From: Candidatus Cloacimonadales bacterium
GTDB lineage: Bacteria; Cloacimonadota; Cloacimonadia; Cloacimonadales; JAFGVF01
DNA length: 64,000 nucleotides
Direction: 5' to 3'
Assembly (NCBI GenBank): GCA_963677495.2
Contig: CAXXOU010000004.1
Span: 960,001 to 1,024,000, forward strand
The position numbers and the translations under genes were made by a program. Of this stretch, positions 61,521 through 64,000 are shown one piece after another. Every line of letters begins with the position of its first letter. Within the stretch, counting starts at the first letter, position 1. Under the pieces are notes generated by a model. The model ran no database searches and was not told where the DNA came from. It worked only from the letters and a program-made list of their open reading frames with translations.

Positions 61521-62360
61521 ATGAGAGAATACATAGAAGTCGAATATCGAAACAATAGACTCGGTTACTATTTACTACCTGAAGGAATGGAAATGAAACC
61601 GGATGACTGGATTATTGGCACTGTTGATCGAGGACATGACATTGCCAAAGTTATTAATACATCGATCACCGGAGAGGACATTGACGCTATTTTTGATAGT
61701 CAAAATGATCCAAAGATAGTTAGATTAGCTACTGAAGAAGACTTGCAGAAGCTGGCAAATATAGAGAGTAAAGAAGAAAAAGCATCTGAGACGTTTGTTT
61801 CAATACTTCCGAAGTATGATTTTGAGATGAAACTTATTGGAACTGTCTATCAATTTGATGGTAATAAACTTACATTTTTCTTTACTGCTCCTGGAAGAGT
61901 TGATTTCAGAATGTTTGTTAGAGAGTTAGCAAATGCCTTTAAAACCAGAATTGAGCTCCACCAGACAACCGGTAGGGAAGAGGCAAAAAGAATTGGTGGT
62001 TTCGGAATGTGTGGTAAAGCATATTGTTGTTCTACTTTTATGAAAAGATTCAACCAAGTTACAATTAAAATGGCTAAAGACCAGAACCTGTCAGGTAACT
62101 TATCAAAGATCTCAGGACCATGCGGTCGTCTACTATGTTGTCTACATTTCGAAGAAGACTATTATTTGGAACAGGCAAAAGATTTCCCTGATGTAGGACA
62201 AGGTGTAATCTATAATAAAGAAAAAATGTATGTTTTTAGATGCGATTACTATAACAAAATGATTTTCTTAGCTAATTCTGACGAGATGATCGAATCAGTT
62301 GATTTGGAAGAGTTCAAAAAGTTAAAAAAGATACGTAGTAATTATGTCAGAGAAAGATAA
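61521..62360 (+). CDS. PSP1/YaaT (RicT) family Fe-S protein
   Basis: RVDFR, TRIE, GMCG..YCC, SGPCGRLLCCL. Confidence 0.85.
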   Translation: MREYIEVEYRNNRLGYYLLPEGMEMKPDDWIIGTVDRGHDIAKVINTSITGEDIDAIFDSQNDPKIVRLATEEDLQKLANIESKEEKASETFVSILPKYDFEMKLIGTVYQFDGNKLTFFFTAPGRVDFRMFVRELANAFKTRIELHQTTGREEAKRIGGFGMCGKAYCCSTFMKRFNQVTIKMAKDQNLSGNLSKISGPCGRLLCCLHFEEDYYLEQAKDFPDVGQGVIYNKEKMYVFRCDYYNKMIFLANSDEMIESVDLEEFKKLKKIRSNYVRER

Positions 62361-63387
62361 CATTTTCAGCTATTCTGCTGATGAGTTATACCAAGAATTA
62401 ATAGTTGGTAATGTTAAAAAGTATAGAGTTAAGCAACTTTTAGATTGGCTTTATCGTAAATATGAGAACAATCCTGATAAGATGACAAACCTTTCAAAGG
62501 AATATAGAGAATCTCTGAAAGATAGATTTGACTTTTATCTACCTAAAATTGTAAATGAAGCTCATTCTAAAGATGGATCGACTAAGTATCTTCTTCAATT
62601 ATCAGATAAAAGCAAAATTGAGATGGTTTTAATGCCATCTGAAGAAAAGATAACTTTATGTATCTCTTCTCAGGTAGGCTGTGCCAGAGATTGTTTATTC
62701 TGCGCAACTGGAAAATTGGGATTAAAGAGAAATCTTACTGTCGCTGAAATTATTGGACAGGTAATCTTAGCACAACGCAAGTGTAATCCAAAGAAACTCT
62801 CAAATATTGTTTTCATGGGTATGGGAGAACCTTTGGATAATTACGATAATTTGATTAAAAGTCTCAAGATTTTGGCAGATACTGATACAATTGGTTTTAG
62901 CCCAAGGCGAACTACTGTTTCAACATGTGGTGTAGTTAACAGAATCAAAGATTTAGCTGATTCTGGAATAAAAGCTAAATTAGCAGTTTCTTTAAACGCT
63001 GCTATTAATAGCAAACGCGATATACTTATGCCAATCAATAAAAGGTTTAATCTAGAAGAATTAAAAGAAGCACTACAGTACTATCTTAACAAGTCTACTT
63101 TTAGAGTAACTTTTGAATATGTATTGATAAAAAATTATAATATGGCTAGAGAAGATATTAAAGCTTTGATAAAGTTTACTGGGGACTTATCCTGTAAAAT
63201 AAATCTGATAAAATGGAATCGAATCGATGGCTTACCATATGAAAGCCCTAAAAACATAGAAGTAGATAGATTTAAGACAGCAATAATGAGAGTTAATAAA
63301 GCAGTAACACTTAGGAATAGCAGAGGAGACGATATTGCGGCTGCATGTGGTCAACTTGCCAGAACAAATTATGAGGAGAAGTTATGA
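62344..63387 (+). CDS. rlmN: 23S rRNA/tRNA m2A methyltransferase
   Basis: CISSQVGCARDCLFCATG, MGMGEP, TFEY, AACGQL. Confidence 0.93.
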   Translation: MSEKDNIFSYSADELYQELIVGNVKKYRVKQLLDWLYRKYENNPDKMTNLSKEYRESLKDRFDFYLPKIVNEAHSKDGSTKYLLQLSDKSKIEMVLMPSEEKITLCISSQVGCARDCLFCATGKLGLKRNLTVAEIIGQVILAQRKCNPKKLSNIVFMGMGEPLDNYDNLIKSLKILADTDTIGFSPRRTTVSTCGVVNRIKDLADSGIKAKLAVSLNAAINSKRDILMPINKRFNLEELKEALQYYLNKSTFRVTFEYVLIKNYNMAREDIKALIKFTGDLSCKINLIKWNRIDGLPYESPKNIEVDRFKTAIMRVNKAVTLRNSRGDDIAAACGQLARTNYEEKL

Positions 63388-64000
63388 TAGATGTTGTTGA
63401 AATAGCACGTAAACTTTTTAACCCTGAGACTGAGATCGATTCTCCATCAGGTGGAGCACATATTTTTTCATTGGACGTCTCAGTAGATCATAAAAATATA
63501 CCTGATCAGCTACCAACTGACTTTGAAGACCTATCGCAGTATATTGATCATACAATACTTAAAGCTGATGCTTCCAATGATGCTATTATCAAAATCTGCA
63601 AAGAAGCAGAACAGCATAAATTTCGATCTGTATGTGTTAACCCTGTAAATGCATCCTTAGCAAAAAAGCATCTTCCCACTGTTGATTTATGTTGTGTTGT
63701 GGGATTCCCATTAGGACAGTCTTCTTCTGAAATCAAAGCTCAAGAAGCATGGAAAGCGATTAGAGATGGCGCGAATGAAATAGATATGGTAATAAATGTA
63801 GGTTGGCTAAAATCAGAGCAATTTGACCTTGTTTTTAAAGATATTAAAGCTGTATCTGATGTATGTAATGCTGATGGAATAGTGTTAAAAGTCATTATAG
63901 AAACTTGTTTGCTATCTGAGGAAGAAAAAGTTATAGCCTGCTTATTATCTAAAAAAGCTGAAGCTCATTTTGTTAAAACATCCACCGGTTTTAGCTCTGC
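63384..64000 (+). CDS. deoC: Deoxyribose-phosphate aldolase (runs off the window end)
   Basis: Hand translation from ATG 63384 gives YIDHTILK, VVGFPLG, EIDMVIN, LKVIIET, FVKTSTGF; absent from the ORF track because it has no stop in the window. Confidence 0.92.
   Translation, partial: MIDVVEIARKLFNPETEIDSPSGGAHIFSLDVSVDHKNIPDQLPTDFEDLSQYIDHTILKADASNDAIIKICKEAEQHKFRSVCVNPVNASLAKKHLPTVDLCCVVGFPLGQSSSEIKAQEAWKAIRDGANEIDMVINVGWLKSEQFDLVFKDIKAVSDVCNADGIVLKVIIETCLLSEEEKVIACLLSKKAEAHFVKTSTGFSS

Overview
AT-rich bacterial chromosome segment, probably from Candidatus Cloacimonadota or a related anaerobic diderm. This is inferred from secreted proteins ending in an FPNP...VASGIYFY FlgD-Ig/T9SS-like tail, PFOR and a lineage-typical small hypothetical protein; no database was searched. 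Coding content is mostly housekeeping (nifJ/PFOR, pepD, folE2, uvrA, ftsY, guaA, gyrBA, umuDC, PBP1A, rlmN, deoC), plus one intact IS21-family element (26331-28690) with an 8-bp target duplication. The most unusual signal is non-coding. (1) Six intergenic GC-rich tracts of five unrelated sequences share an 11-bp, one-helical-turn period, several with a head-to-head flip, and one abuts two DnaA-box-like sites. (2) A ~600-bp mosaic occurs twice in inverted orientation (15.9-16.5 kb and 40.8-41.4 kb); its structured modules are separated by a ~22-bp linker repeat and lie in a different order in the two copies. (3) Several REP/REPIN-like families show compensatory base changes. (4) Two 7-bp arrays start exactly at stop codons. 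Notable coding observations are a divergent pair of a ThiI-like tRNA thiolase and a DUF523-DUF1722 desulfidase, a prenyltransferase lacking its catalytic motifs, and a dockerin-bearing secreted M14 peptidase. No rRNA, tRNA or CRISPR-Cas was recognised.
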